Below are positions 23,438 through 35,600 of a stretch of 64,000 bases of DNA, one piece after another (positions within the stretch are counted from its first letter, which is position 1; every line of letters starts with the position of its first letter). The notes beneath the pieces are model-generated. The model had not been told where the DNA came from, searched no databases, and was given only the letters and a program-made list of their open reading frames with translations. A program made the position numbers and the translations under genes. Source of the stretch: Scenedesmus sp. PABB004 (lineage: Eukaryota); assembly GCA_014905635.1 (NCBI GenBank), contig JABVCE010000041.1, forward strand, positions 1 through 64,000. The letters are read 5' to 3'.

Positions 23438-26400
23438 ATGGAGCCCCGCGGCGCGGCCGCGCCGGGCGGCAGCGGCGACGCGGGCGAGCTCAAGCAGCAG
23501 ATCTACGCCCAGCTCAAGCGCGCGGGCGTGGTGTCGTCCCTCAAGGTGCCCGCCTGGAGGGGCATGGGCACGGCGCCCCCACCGCCGCGGCGGCGCCCCG
23601 CTGCTCCCGCCGCCCGCGCGCGCGCGCGCCGACCCGCGCCTGCCCGCCGCGCGCCCCCGCGCCGCCGCGCAGAGCCAGCTGCGCGCGCAGCTGCTGGACC
23701 AGATGCGCCGCCTGGCGGGGCCCGACGCGCTGCGCGCCGCGGCGCCGCGCGGCGGCGGCGGCGGGGACCAGCACGGCGGCGGCGGCGGCATGTGGCGGTG
23801 CGCGGCGGACGCGCTGGTCGCCGAGTACCTGGCCGCGCGCGGCGCGGCGTTCAGCCTGTCCGTCTTCCGCTCCGAGGCGGACCTGCCCGAGGCGCCCGCG
23901 TTTGCGGCGGAGGAGCTGCTCGCGCTGCTGCGCCTCGACCGCTCGCCCGGCCTGCTCGCCGACGTGCGAGCGCGCCTGCCCGGCGCGGGCTGCCTCGCGC
24001 TCGCGCTGCTGCAGGCGCTCGCGGCGCCCGGCGGCGCGGCGTGCGGCGCGCCGACGGCCGAGAGCGGCGTGCAGACGAGCGCGGGCGACCAGGCGGAGGG
24101 CCTCGGCCGGCGGCTGCTGGCGCTGGAGGACCGCTACCTCGCCCGGGTGCGCCCCGCGGCAGGGAGAGGGGAGGGTGGAGAGGGGAGGGTCGATGGTGTC
24201 GCTGGAGGCCCGGCGCGGCGCCGCCGGGCGCGGCCGCGGCTGACCTGCCGCGCCGCGCCCGCAGGCGGCGCACGCGGGCGGCGCGCCGCGCGTCGCGCTG
24301 GAGGACCAGATGGCTGCCTACAAGCGGGTGAGGCAGGGGGGGGAGGCGGAGGGACAGGGCGGCGGCGACGGCGTGTGTGATGGGAAGGACGGGCGCTCGC
24401 GGGCACAGGGGCCGGGCTGGGGACCCGGCCCGCCCACGGCGCGGCGGGGCCGCAGCTGAGCTGACGGCGCCCCGGCGCCGCCCGCGGCGGCCGCAGGAGT
24501 GTGACGAGCTGGTTGAGGCCACGGTCGCGGCGCGCGTGGCGCGCCTGCGCGACGGCGAGCTCGCCGCGGCGCGGCAGGAGGCGGCGGCGCGGTACCGGGC
24601 GCAGCTGGAGCTCGAGCGCGCCGAGCTGGAGCGCGTGCACTCGGACCGCCTTGCGCGCCTCACCGCGCGCGAGGAGGAGGTGCGGCGCGGCGCGCGCCCC
24701 GGCCACCCTGGGACTGCCAGCGTCCGCAGCGCCGGCGCGCCGGCGGCGTGCCGCCCACGCGCCCCCGCGCCCGCGCGCGGACGCCGCGCCGGCGCGCGCA
24801 GGCGAGCGAGCGGCTGCGCCGGCAGCAGCGCGACGTCGAGGGCGCCGCGTACGCGGCGCGGCAGCGCATCCTGGCGGAGGAGGAGCGCGTGCGGGGCATG
24901 CGCGCCGAGGTGGGGCGGCAGCTGGAGGTGCAGGAGCAGCTGCTGGCGGGCCTGGAGGCGCAGCTGAGGGAGCGCGAGCGCGGCGTGTCGGGTGCGCGCA
25001 CCACGGGCGGCGCGTGAGGGCGGCGCGCGGCGCCAGCGCGCGGCGGGGGGTCGCACCGCGCCAGGCGCACTCACCGTGCCCCCTGCCCACATGCGCGTCG
25101 CAGCGCGCGAGGCGGCGGCCGAGGCGCGGCTGGCGGAGGCGGCAGAGCTGGAGTCCAAGCTGGCCGTGGCTGCGCGCAGGGACGCGGCGGCGCAGGTGGC
25201 GGAGGAGGCGGCCGCGCTGCGGTGAGCCGGCGGGCGGCGCCGGGGCTCCGCGGCTGCGGTGGGGCGCTCACCCGCGCCCGCCCGACCGCCGCCCCACAGC
25301 GGCGAGCGCAGCGCGCTCGAGTCGGAGCGCGCACGCGTGGCGGAGCTGCGCAGCGCCGTCAACTCTGACCTGGCGGCCGCGCGCGCCAAGGAGGACAGGT
25401 GGGCTGCGCGCCCGCTGCCTCGCGACGGCAGCGCGCGGCGGCGGTCCGCACCCTCACCCGGCGCGCTGCCGCCGCCTTGTGCCGGCCGCGCAGGCTGCGC
25501 ACGCTGGAGTCGGCGCGCGCCGAGGCGGAGGCGCGTGCCGCGGCGCACGCGGCGGGCGAGGAGGTGGCGCGTCTGCAGCTGCGCCAAGCGCAGGACCACG
25601 CCGCGGCGCTGCAGCAGGAGCTGGTCAGGGCCGGCGCAGCGGCCGCCGGCGGCGCGCTGCCCGCCGGCGCTGGTGCGAGCGCTGGCGCTGGCGCGGGCGC
25701 GGCGCCGCTGCAGCTGCCCCAGGCGCTGCGCGAGCTGGGGACGTGGCAGCGCCGTGCGCAGGCGGCGGAGCTGGAGCTGGGCGAGGTGGGGGCGCGGCGC
25801 CGCGCTCGGGCGGCTGCCGCGCACGGACGCCGCGCCGCGCAGCCGGCTGGCGCTGACCGCGGGCCGCGGCGCCCCGCACGCAGACGGCCGCCGAGCGAGA
25901 CGCCGGGGTGGCGCGGGCCGAGGAGCTGCTCCTGGAGCTGAACGCCGCGCGGCGCGAGCTCGCCGCGCTGCGCAGCCAGCTGTCGCGGCAGCAGGCCGAC
26001 ATCGTCTCGCTGCGCATGCAGGCCAGCCACGCGGCGGCCGCGGCGGCCGCGGCGGCGCGCGCCGGCGGGGCGCGCCCCGGTGCCGGCAGCCCGCGCGGCT
26101 CCGTGGGCGGGTCCCCGGCGCGCGGCAGCGGCGGCGGCTCCGCGGGCGGCTCGCCGCTGCCGGCGACGGCCACGCTCCCGCCCGGCGACGGCGCGGCCCG
26201 CAGCCTGGGCATCAGCGGCGGCCGCAGCGGCGGCGGCGAGGAGGCGGCGGCCGCCGCCGCGCGCCTGTCTCAGCTGTCGGCGGCGGACGCGGCCATGGGT
26301 GAGCAGCTGGCCGACTTCCGGCGCCGCTCCGCGGCCGCCCGCGCGGCCGCCGCGGCGCAGCTCGCTGACATCCGCAGCAGCAGTGGGGGCGGCGGCGCCG

Positions 26401-27581
26401 CCGCTGCCGCCGAGGCGCGGCGCGGCTCGCTGGGCGGGCCAGCTCGGGCGGCGGCGAGTGCCGGCTGTCCATTCCCAGCGAGTTTGGCGGCGACGACACA
26501 GCAGGCGAGCCGCGCTGGCGGGGGGCGCGGCGTGCCGCGCTGCGCCGGCCGGCCGCCGCCCGCCGCTCGGCCGCTGCTCGGCCGCTGCTCGCCGCCGCTG
26601 ACGGCCGCCGCGTGCGCCGCACGCAGAGCGCCTGGACCCCGCGGCGGCGGAGGAGCTGCTGCAGCAGCAGCGCCGCCGCGCGGCGCTCGACGCGGCGCTG
26701 CTGCTGCCACAGCAGCAGTGGGCGAGCGGCGGCGTGTACCGCGCGGCTGACGTGCTGACGGCCATGGCCCAGCGCGGCGGCGCCGCCGGCGGCGCGCGGG
26801 CGCCTGCCGCGGAGCCCGGCCCGCCGCTGCGGCCGCCGAGCGCAGTGTCCGAGTTCAGCTTTGGCCAGCTGCCATCGCCGACGCGCAGCGGCGCGAGCAG
26901 CCCCGCTGCGGACGCACCCGCGGCGGGGAGGCTGCGCCCGTCGCTGGTGCGGAGCAGCACAAGCCGCGGCAGGCGGCAGCGGCGGAGGCGGCAGGCAGCG
27001 GCGGCAGTGCAGGCGCGGAGGCGGAGGCGGTCGAGGCGGCGGCGGCCGAGGCTGAGGCCGAGGCGGCGGCCGCGCTTGTGGAGGCCGCAGCGGCCGCGGA
27101 GGCGGAGGCTGCGGCAGCAGAGGCGCAGGCCGCGGCCGCCGCAGCCGTGGCCGAGGCGGAGGCCGCCGCGGCTGCTGCGGTGGCCGAGGCGGAGGCCGCC
27201 GCGGCTGCTGCGGTGGCCGAGGCGGAGGCCGCCGCGGCCGCTGCGGTGGCCGAGGCGGAGGCTGCCGCCGCGCTGGGCCCCGAGGGCTCGGTGCGCCTCA
27301 GCGGCGGCAGCAGCACGGCGCCGAGCGGCGGCGCCGCGGAGCGCTACGGCGCGGCCAGCGCGCTGAGCGACTCTGACGACGACAACGGCGACGACGACGA
27401 CGCGGGCGCGCTGTCGGGCTGGCTGGCCCTGCCGCAGCCGGAGGTCGAGGTCGAGGCGGGGGCGCAGGCGCCGGCCACCCTGGCGGACGCCGGGGACGGC
27501 GAGAGCTCGGCCGAGCTCCTGGGCGGCAGCGCAGCCGTCGAGGTCATGCGCGCCAGCAGCAGCGAGGGCAGCGTGTTCTGA
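23438..27581 (+). CDS. OFD1: OFD1-like centriole/basal body protein (LisH domain plus long coiled coil)
   Basis: LKQQIYAQLKRAGVVSSLK|SQLRAQLL...AADALVAEYLAARGAAFSLSVFRSEADL matches the OFD1 N-terminus and LisH motif. It is followed by E/R/Q/A coiled-coil exons and an acidic tail. TGTAA at 27659. Confidence 0.8.
27085..27270 (+). repeat. Coding tandem repeat of about 33 nt (AAAAAVAEAEA, 4 copies plus degenerate ones) in the OFD1-like tail
   Basis: Read directly from ORF 27078..27581. Confidence 0.75.
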
Positions 27582-27735
27582 GCTGACCCGCGGGCAGGCT
27601 TGGGCGCAGCGCCGCAGGGACGGCTCTGCGTGTTTGTTTCATTCAGGGCACGGGCGCATGTAAAGAACCATCCAAGACCCATCATCTGGTGCCGGCCTCC
27701 GGTGCCGGCCTCCGGTGCGCGGCCGAGCGGTCGCA

Positions 27736-30700
27736 TCACGCCGCGGCGCGCGCCGCCGGCGCGGCTGCGGCCGCGCCGCCCGCCTCGCCCGCCTCGCCCG
27801 CCGCCGCGCGCGCGTCGCGCAGCGCGTCTGCCATCGCGCCGCGGCGCTCGCGGTGCAGCTCCGGCCCCAGCACCGCGAGCATGTCCAGCGCGGCCGCCAT
27901 GAGCGGCGCGGCCTCGGCTGGGCGGTCGAAGCGCGCGTGGTGCAGCCCGGTGTTCCAGGCGGTCGCGACGAGCCAGGCCGCCTCGCAGGGCGGGTACGCG
28001 CCCGGCGGCAGCGCCGCGAGGATGCCGGCGGCCTCCCTGCGTGCTCGGCGCGGGCGGCGCTGCGCTGGGCGGCTGCGCGGCGGCGGCGGCGGCGGCGCGC
28101 GGCAGCGGCTGCGCCGCCGCCGCCGCGCAGCGGTGGCGGCGGTGGCGGCGGCGGTGGCCGCCGCACCGGTAAAGGCGCAGCTTGTCGGCGCCGCTGGGCG
28201 CGCGCTGCAGCAGCTCGCGCAGCACGGCCGCAACGCGGTCGTAGTCGGGGGCAGGGCTGGCCATGTGCTTGGCCAGGCAGGCAGCCAGCGCAGCCGGCGC
28301 GGCCTCGGGGCACCTGCGGCGAGCGGGCTTGCGCGTGGCGCGGCGCCCTCCGCGAGCGGATGCAGCCGCAGCGCGCGCGCTGCGCGGCGGCGCGCGCTCA
28401 CGCGGCCGCCGCGCCCTCCTCGCTGCAGAGTGCCGCGATGCGGTGCAGCAGCTCCGCGCTGCTCCAGGGCGCGTCGGCGAGGCGGCGCACCAGGGCGAGG
28501 GCCTCGGCGCCCGCGCCCTGCGCCAGCGCGATGCGCAGCTGAAGCTGCAGCTCGAACGCGTCCGCGCCGCCCGCGCCGCCCGCGCCGCCGCCGCCGCCGC
28601 CGCGCGCCGCGCGCAGGCGCTTGCCGGCCGCCGCGCTCGCGGCACACATCTTGGCCGCGAGGCGCAGGCTGCCCGCGTGCGCGCGCGCCGCGAGGTGCAC
28701 CTCCAGGCCCGCCGCCGCGGCCATGAGATAAGCAAGGCGCGTCGCCTTGAGCGCGCGCGGCGCGGGCGCGGGCAGGGCGCCCAGCAGCGCGGCGGCGGTG
28801 TTCATCAGCACCGCACAGGACTCGTGGTCGCCCAGGCCTGCCTCGGCGCGGCGCGGCGCGGCGCGGCGCGGCGGCGGGCGCGCGCGCGGGGTCGGGGGCG
28901 CCGCGGCCGGCACCGGCGGCCGGCGCCGGCGGGCGGCGCGCACCCGCGGCGTGCAGGCCGGCGTTCCAGGCGGACGACGCGAGCCACTCGACCAGCGCCG
29001 CGCCCGCCGCGCCGTCGCGCTCGCCGGTGAAGCGCTCCAGCCCGAGGCGGCGCAGCCGCGCGGCCGCGCTGCCGAGCGCCTGGCTGAGCTCCTCCAGCGT
29101 CGCCACGGCCGCCGCCCGGCCCGCGGCCGCACGGCCGCCCTTGCCCGCGCCGGCGTCGCCGTCGGGGGCCGCCGCCGCGCCGTCCTCGCCGTCCGGCGCG
29201 GCTGCGGCGGCCAGGCGCTCCTCCAGCTCGGTCAGCAGCAGCTTGACGAGCGGGCGCAGCACCACGCCTTCCGTCAGGCCGCCGTCGGCCGGCACAGCCG
29301 GCACAGCCGGCGCCTCCCACGCGCCATCGGCTGCCGCCTCGGCGGCGCCGCGCGCCTCCTCCGCCGCCTGCAGCACGCCGCGCAGCTGCAGCAGCGCCGC
29401 CTTGGCCGCCGGCAGCGCACCGGCGGTGACCGCCTCGCGGCAGGCAAACTGCGGGCCGCGGCGGCGGCGGCGGCGGTGGCGGCGCGCGTCTCTCTCGGCC
29501 GCCGCCGCGCGTGCGAGCAGGCAGGCGCCCCAGCGCGTCAGCGCCCGCCTGGCGCGGTGCGGGCGCGGCGCACCCAGAGCATGTCTGGCGTGAAGCCAGC
29601 GCAGGCCGGCAGCGCCGTGAGCGCCTCGAGCGCGCGCGGCGCGTCGCCGCAGCTGAGGCGCGCCTTGAGGCGGACGAACGCGGTGCCGACCTGCCGCGGC
29701 GGGGCGGGGTGAGGGAGTGCGGAGTGAGTGGTGAGGGCGGGGGAGGGCGGAGTGAGTGGTGAGGCGCGTGCCGGCGGGGCCGGCCCGCCCGCCCGCGCAC
29801 GCCGCGCCGCCGCGCCTGGCCGGGCTCGTAGGTGTCGGCGAGGTCGCAGGCCTCGGCCGCCGCCGCGGCGTCGCCGCCGCCCAGGTGGCACAGCGCGAGC
29901 ACGCGCGCGACGCAGCCGCGCGAGCGCTCCTGCGGGCGCGCGCGGCGTCCGCGGCGCGCCGGTGGGCCCTCGCGCGCGAGCCCGGCACGTGCAGCAGCGC
30001 CCCGGCCCGCGCGCGGCGCCGCGCGCGCACCTCTGCCACGCTGAGCGCCGCGGCAAAGAGCCGCGCGGCGGCAGGGAAGTCGCGCACACTGAACAGCGCG
30101 ACGCCGCGGCCGTACAGCGCGTCGCGCAGCCGCGCCCGCAGCTCGCCCGCGCCCGCCAGCGCGGCGCGCGCCGCCTCGGCGCGCTGCTCCACCTGCTCCA
30201 GCGCGAGCTCGGTCAGCGCGCGCGCGGCGGCGGCGCCGTTGACGGCCGCCGCGTCGCCGCCGCCTGCGGGCGCGGCGGCCTTGGCCGCGGCCGTCGCCGC
30301 CGCGAGCGCTGCCTCGGTGAACGCGGTGAGCAACAGCGGGTCGGCCGGGAAGCGCCCCAGGACCAGCTCCAGCACTGCCACAGGGGCGGCGTGGGCGGGC
30401 GGCGTCAGCTGCGGCGCGCAGCGCGCAGCGTGCGCGGCGCGCGGCGCGCGCGGCGCACCAGGCCGCAGCTGCGCGACGGCGCCGCCGGGGGCGTGCAGCA
30501 GCTCCAGCAGCACCGCGAGGCAGGCGTCGCGGCTGGCGGCGTCGTGCACGGCGATGCCTGGGGGCGCGGCGCGGACGCAGAGGCGGTCGCGGCGGGCCAG
30601 GCCTGGCGCGCAAGCGCCCCCGCAAGCTTGCTAGCTTGCTAGCAGCGCACAGCGCTGTGCGCTGCAGCAGGGCCATCGCCGCCAGCACGCGCACCCGTGG

Positions 30701-32259
30701 CCTCGCGCTCCGCCTGCTCCAGCTGGCCCAGCGCCATGTGCGCCTGCAGCGCGAGCAGCGCCACCGCGGCGTGCGCGGCGTCGCCGCCCTCGGCCCCGCG
30801 CAGCGCCTCGATGCAGCGCAGGCAGGCGCCCGGGTCGTCGCACAGGCGCAGGTGCACGTACGCCAGGCTCAGCAGCACCTGCGGCAGCATGCGGCGCGGC
30901 GGCGGCGGGGCTTGCGCAAGCCGCAGGGCTGCCCAGGCCGCGTGCGGCCGGTCGTGGCGGGCGCGCCCCCGCGAGGCCGGCAGACCTGGGACTCCAGGCG
31001 CTGCACGCTCCCGGCCGCGCCGCCGCCGGCGCCGCAGTCCGCGCCCGGCTCCGCTGTGCCGCTGCCGGCCGCGGCGGGCCCAGCCCATGCCTGGGCCTTG
31101 GCCGCCTCCTTGGCGCGGCCCGCCAGCTCGAGTGCCGCGCTCAGCGCCTCCAGCAGCCGCGCGGCGCCGTCGCCGTCCTGGCGCTCCAGCATGGCCTGCG
31201 GCGGCGCGGCGGTTGTGCAGTGCCCGAGCCGGAGCCGCGGCCCGCCGCGTCCGCGTCGTGCCGTGTGCATGCTGCGGCGCCGCCGCGCGCGCGCCGCACC
31301 GCCGCCGCCTGCGCGTGCAGCGCCGCCGCGAGGCGGAAGCACATCCCCGCGCTCGCCGCGGCGCTGGGCGCGAGGTCCTCCGCCACCGCGCGCGCCTGGC
31401 CCAGCGCCTCGCGCGCCAGGTCCTGCGGCGCGGGAGAGGCGGCGCAAGGAAACGCGCGCGGTGTGAGCAGCGAGCGTGGCCGCGACGGCGGCTGGCGGGC
31501 GCCGCGGGCGCGCGGGCCGCGCCTGCTGGTTGAGCTTGCACGCCGCCTCGTAGCGCGCCAGCTGGGCATCACACAGCAGCGCCGCCGCCCCCTCTGCCCG
31601 GTCCGGCGGCGCGCCCGCGCCCGCTGCCGCGGCGCTGGCGCGCGCCAGGCGCACCGCGGGGCTGAGCACCAGCTCTGCCCGCTCCCAGGCGTCGAGCGCG
31701 GCCCACGCCTCGGCGGTCTGCGCGGGCGGCGCCGGCGCGCGTGGGGCGGCGCAGCGCCGCGCCCGCTGCCGTCTGCAGCGCTCCGCTGCCCTCGGCGCGC
31801 CGCGCGCGCCTTCAGGCAAAACTTGACCAGCTGCAGCGCCTGGCCGTCCCCGAGCTCGCCGGCCGGCAGTCCCAGCAGCAGCTCGCACGCGCTGTGCCGC
31901 ATCCAGGCCACCTGGGTGGCAGCGCCCGGCTCGGCGGCGCGGCCGCTCGCGGCAGCGTCCACCGCGCCGTTCTGCGGGCAGCGGCGGAGAGCGCCGCGGC
32001 TCGGCGCGCAGTGAGACGCGTATCTGGGCCCCTCGGCACGCTCCCGACGCACCCAGAGCGCGCAGGCCAGCTGCCACAGCGCGCCGGCCCTGCTGGGCGG
32101 GGGCGGCGCTGCGCCGTCGCCGACGGCGGCGCACGCGCCGCGCAGGGCGGCCACGGCGTCCGCCAGGCGCGGGCAGGGATCTCCCGCCCCTCCCAGCGCC
32201 TCGGTGGCGGCCAGGACGTCGCGCACGGCGCGCGCGAGCGGTCCCTCCGGGTCGGCCAT
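27736..32259 (-). CDS. ZIP4: Meiotic TPR-like protein ZIP4/SPO22/TEX11
   Basis: LWQLACALW|NGAVD, MRHSACELL, LYGRGVALFSVRDFPAAARLF, RVLALCHLG, EWLASSAWNAG and the C-terminal YPPCEAAWLVATAWNTG motif, all typical of TEX11/ZIP4. Many introns. Confidence 0.82.
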
Positions 32260-32610
32260 CGCGGCGGCTCGCGCGCGGGGTGTCTGTCTCTTTGCGCGGC
32301 GCTCGCGTGCGCGGGCGTGGGGGGAGTGGGCGCGACAGGCGGGCCTGGAGCTGGGGGTTGACGCGCGCGCGCGGCGCGCGTTACGGATTCGAACCGCGCG
32401 GCAGCGCAAGCAAACCGCACCAACTCCGCGCAGCGCTGCTCCCCTCCCTCGCCGCGCGCCACGCCTCCTGCTCTGTGCTGCTGTACACTCCCCGCCGCGC
32501 ACCCCCCTCTCCGCCCGCGCGCCGCCTCGCGCGCCTGGGCTCGGCGCCCGCGCCGCCTGCTGCGCCGGGGCGGGGCGGCGCCCGGCGGCGTCGCCTGCAC
32601 GGGCCCGCCC

Positions 32611-35600
32611 CTACTCGGCGTCGAGCACCGCGGCGTTGGCATAGAAAAAGAGGTAGCCGTCGCCCGCGGCGAGCGCGAGCACGCGCTGCAGGCTGCTCGC
32701 GCTCGCGTAGCTGTCGTCGTGGTGCACCCACGGCGCGCCGCCGCCGGCGCCGCCGCCGCTGCTGCTGCTTCCGCCGCCGCACCCGGCGGCGGCGACGTCG
32801 CTGACAAAGTGGCCGCTGCTCGCGAGCGGGCCCTTGTGCCGCACCACGGCGCGCAGGCGGTACACGGCGGCAAGCTCCTGCGGCCAGCCGCCCGCGACGG
32901 CCGCCGCCGCGGCCGCGTCGGCGGTGTCGAGCGCGCGCGCCGCGGCGCCGCCGGACGCGGCGGCGCCGGGCGCAGGCGGCGGCGGCGGCGCCGCGCCTGC
33001 CGCGGCGGCGGCCGCCGACGCCGCGACCGCCGCCGCGAGCGCGGGGCGCTTGGCGGGCGGCTCGCCGGGACCGCGCGGCGCGGCGCCCGCGCGGTTGCCG
33101 GCCGCCGCCGCGGGGCCGACCAGGATCTCTCCCAGCGGCTGGCGCTGGCGCTGCCGCGCGGGCCTGGCGCCCCCGCCGCCCCCGCTGTTCTCCTTGCCGC
33201 CGCGCTGCTGGCCCGGCTCCGGCGCAGCGCCGCCCGGCGCGGGCGCGGCGGCGGCTGGCGGCGGCGCCGGCCGCGGCGGGCCGTCCTCGCTGTCGCTGTC
33301 CTCCACCAGCCGCACCTGCCGCGCGGCGGCGGCGGCGGAAGAGGCGGCGGCGGCGCGCGTGAGGAACTGGCAGCGGCGTGCGCAGGCGGGCGAGCGGGCA
33401 GGCGCGCGCGCGCGGCGCCGGGCGGCTCACCAGCGGGAGGCGCGGGCGCGGCGGCGGGGCCGACTGCGCTACGCTGCCGCCGCCGCCGCCGCCGCCGCCC
33501 GCGTCCTCGACCAGCAGCACGCTGTTGTCGTCGTCGTCGCTGCCGCCGCCCTCGCTGCCGCGTGCGGGGCTGCCGCGCGCGCCGCCGCCGTCGGCGCCGC
33601 CCGCCGCGAGCTGCTGCTGCTGCTGCTCCTGCAGCGCCGCCGACTCAGCCAGCGCCTGCTGCAGCGCGGCCTCCTCGTCGTACGCCGCGCGGCCGATCAG
33701 CTCCGCCAGGCCGCCGCCGCCGCCGCTGGTGCCGGCGCCGCCCTGGTCACGCAGGCTCTCGTCCAGCGCCCGCCGCAACTGCGCCTCCTCGCTCAGCGCC
33801 GCGGTGCCCGGCGCCAGGCCCCAGCCGCCGCCGAGGCGGCGGCCGTCGCCGCCGGGCGGGGCACGCGGCGGCGGCGTCGTGGAGGCGCGACCCAGCCCAG
33901 CAGCAAAGGGGCCGCGCGCGGCCGTGCCGGGCGGCGGCGAGCGCGGCGCGGCGCCGTCGCTGAACGCGAGGCCGCCCGACAGCCCCGCGGCGCCGGCGTC
34001 GCTGCCGCCCGACTCGCCGCCGCGCGTGCGCTTGGCCGTGCTGCGCACCCAGTCAAAGGGCTCGTCTGGCGCGGGGCCGGCCGAGTGGAACAGCATCGGC
34101 TGCAGCGGCTGCCGCGCGCCGCGCGGCGTGCGCGGCGAGCCCGCGGGCGCCGCGGTGGGCGCGTCGTCGTCCGACGGGGGCGCGCTCGCCGCCGCCGGCC
34201 CGAGCGCGAGCGGCTGCGCCGAAGCCATCCATGCGGGCATGTCTGCGTGGGCCTGCTCCCCGCCGCCCGCGCCGCTGCCGGCCGCGGCGGGGCCGCCGTC
34301 GCCGGCGGCGCCCGCGGCGCCGCCTGTCGCCGCCTCGTGCATACGCAGGCTCTCGGCCAGCGCCGCCTGCAGCGCCGGGTCGTCGTCCTCGTCCTGCGCG
34401 GCGCGGCGGGCAGGGGAGCAGGTTGGCCGCGCCCGGGGCGCGTGCGGCGGCGCCGCGCCGGTGCTGCGAGCGTGACCCGCGCGCGCGCCCCCTTGCTGCG
34501 CCGCGCCGCACCCTGGCGCCGAGGCTCGCGAGCGCGCTGCTGCTCGCGTTGCGGCGCGGCACTGCGCCCGCGTCACCGTCCTCGCAGTCGCTCAGCACGA
34601 CCAGCTCGCCCCCGCCGCGCCCCGTGCCGGCCGGCGCGCCCTCTGCCGCCGGCGCCACCGCCTGCGCGCCGCCGGCACCGCCACGGCCGCCGGCCGTCAT
34701 GCGCGCAAAGCGCCCGGGCGCGCCGGCACACCTCCGCTGGCCGCCCCACACGTCGGCGAGCCCCGCCTGGCGCTGGTGCTTGTGGGCCGCGCCCGCCGGC
34801 GGCGCGCCGCCCGGCGCGCAGTCGCGCGCGTCCGCGCCCGCCGGGTCGCCCAGGCCGCGCTTGCGGCCGGCGGGGCCGCCGCTGGCGACCGCCGGCTGGG
34901 CTTGCTGCGGCTGCTGCGGCTGCTGCGGCTGCTGCGGCTGCTGCTGCTTCTCCTGCTGCTGCATGCCCTGCTGCTGCCGCCGCTCGCTGTCGGGCGCCTC
35001 CAGCGCGTCGGCTGCGCGGCGCAGGAGGCCCGGCGGCATGAGCTCCGCCAGCAGCGGCGGCACGGGGCGCCCGGGGACGCACACGTCGCGCAGGAAGAGC
35101 TCGGGGTCGACCCGCACGCGCGTGGAGAGCTTGCGGCAGATCGCGCCGCCGGGCAGGACCTGCCACTGGAAGCGCTTGAGGTGCACCACCAGCACGCGCG
35201 GCAGCCGCCGCACCGCGTGCGTGAGGCTGTGCTGCACCGCCGCCGCGCCGCAGGACTCGCACGCCTTGTCGAGCACCTCGGGCGCGAAAAAGTTGGCCAG
35301 CAGCGCCTGCAGGTCCGGCGGCTCGCCGCCCTGGCTGCCGCCGGCGCCGGGCCAGCAGCCCGCCGCGCTCTCGCCCGCCTGGCTGCCGCCGGCGCCGGCG
35401 CTGCCGGGTGCGGGGAGGTCCAGGCTGAGGTGGCTGAACTGCTCCTTCACACACGTCACGTGCCCGCAGGCGCTGCAGGTGAGCGTGTGTTGCAGGCAGC
35501 CCCAGAAGTTGCGCGACGCGGGGCAGAGCGCCGCCGACACCGCCAGGCACGGCCCCCGCGCGGGCGCCGCGGCCGCGGGCGAGCGCGCGCCGCCGGCGCT

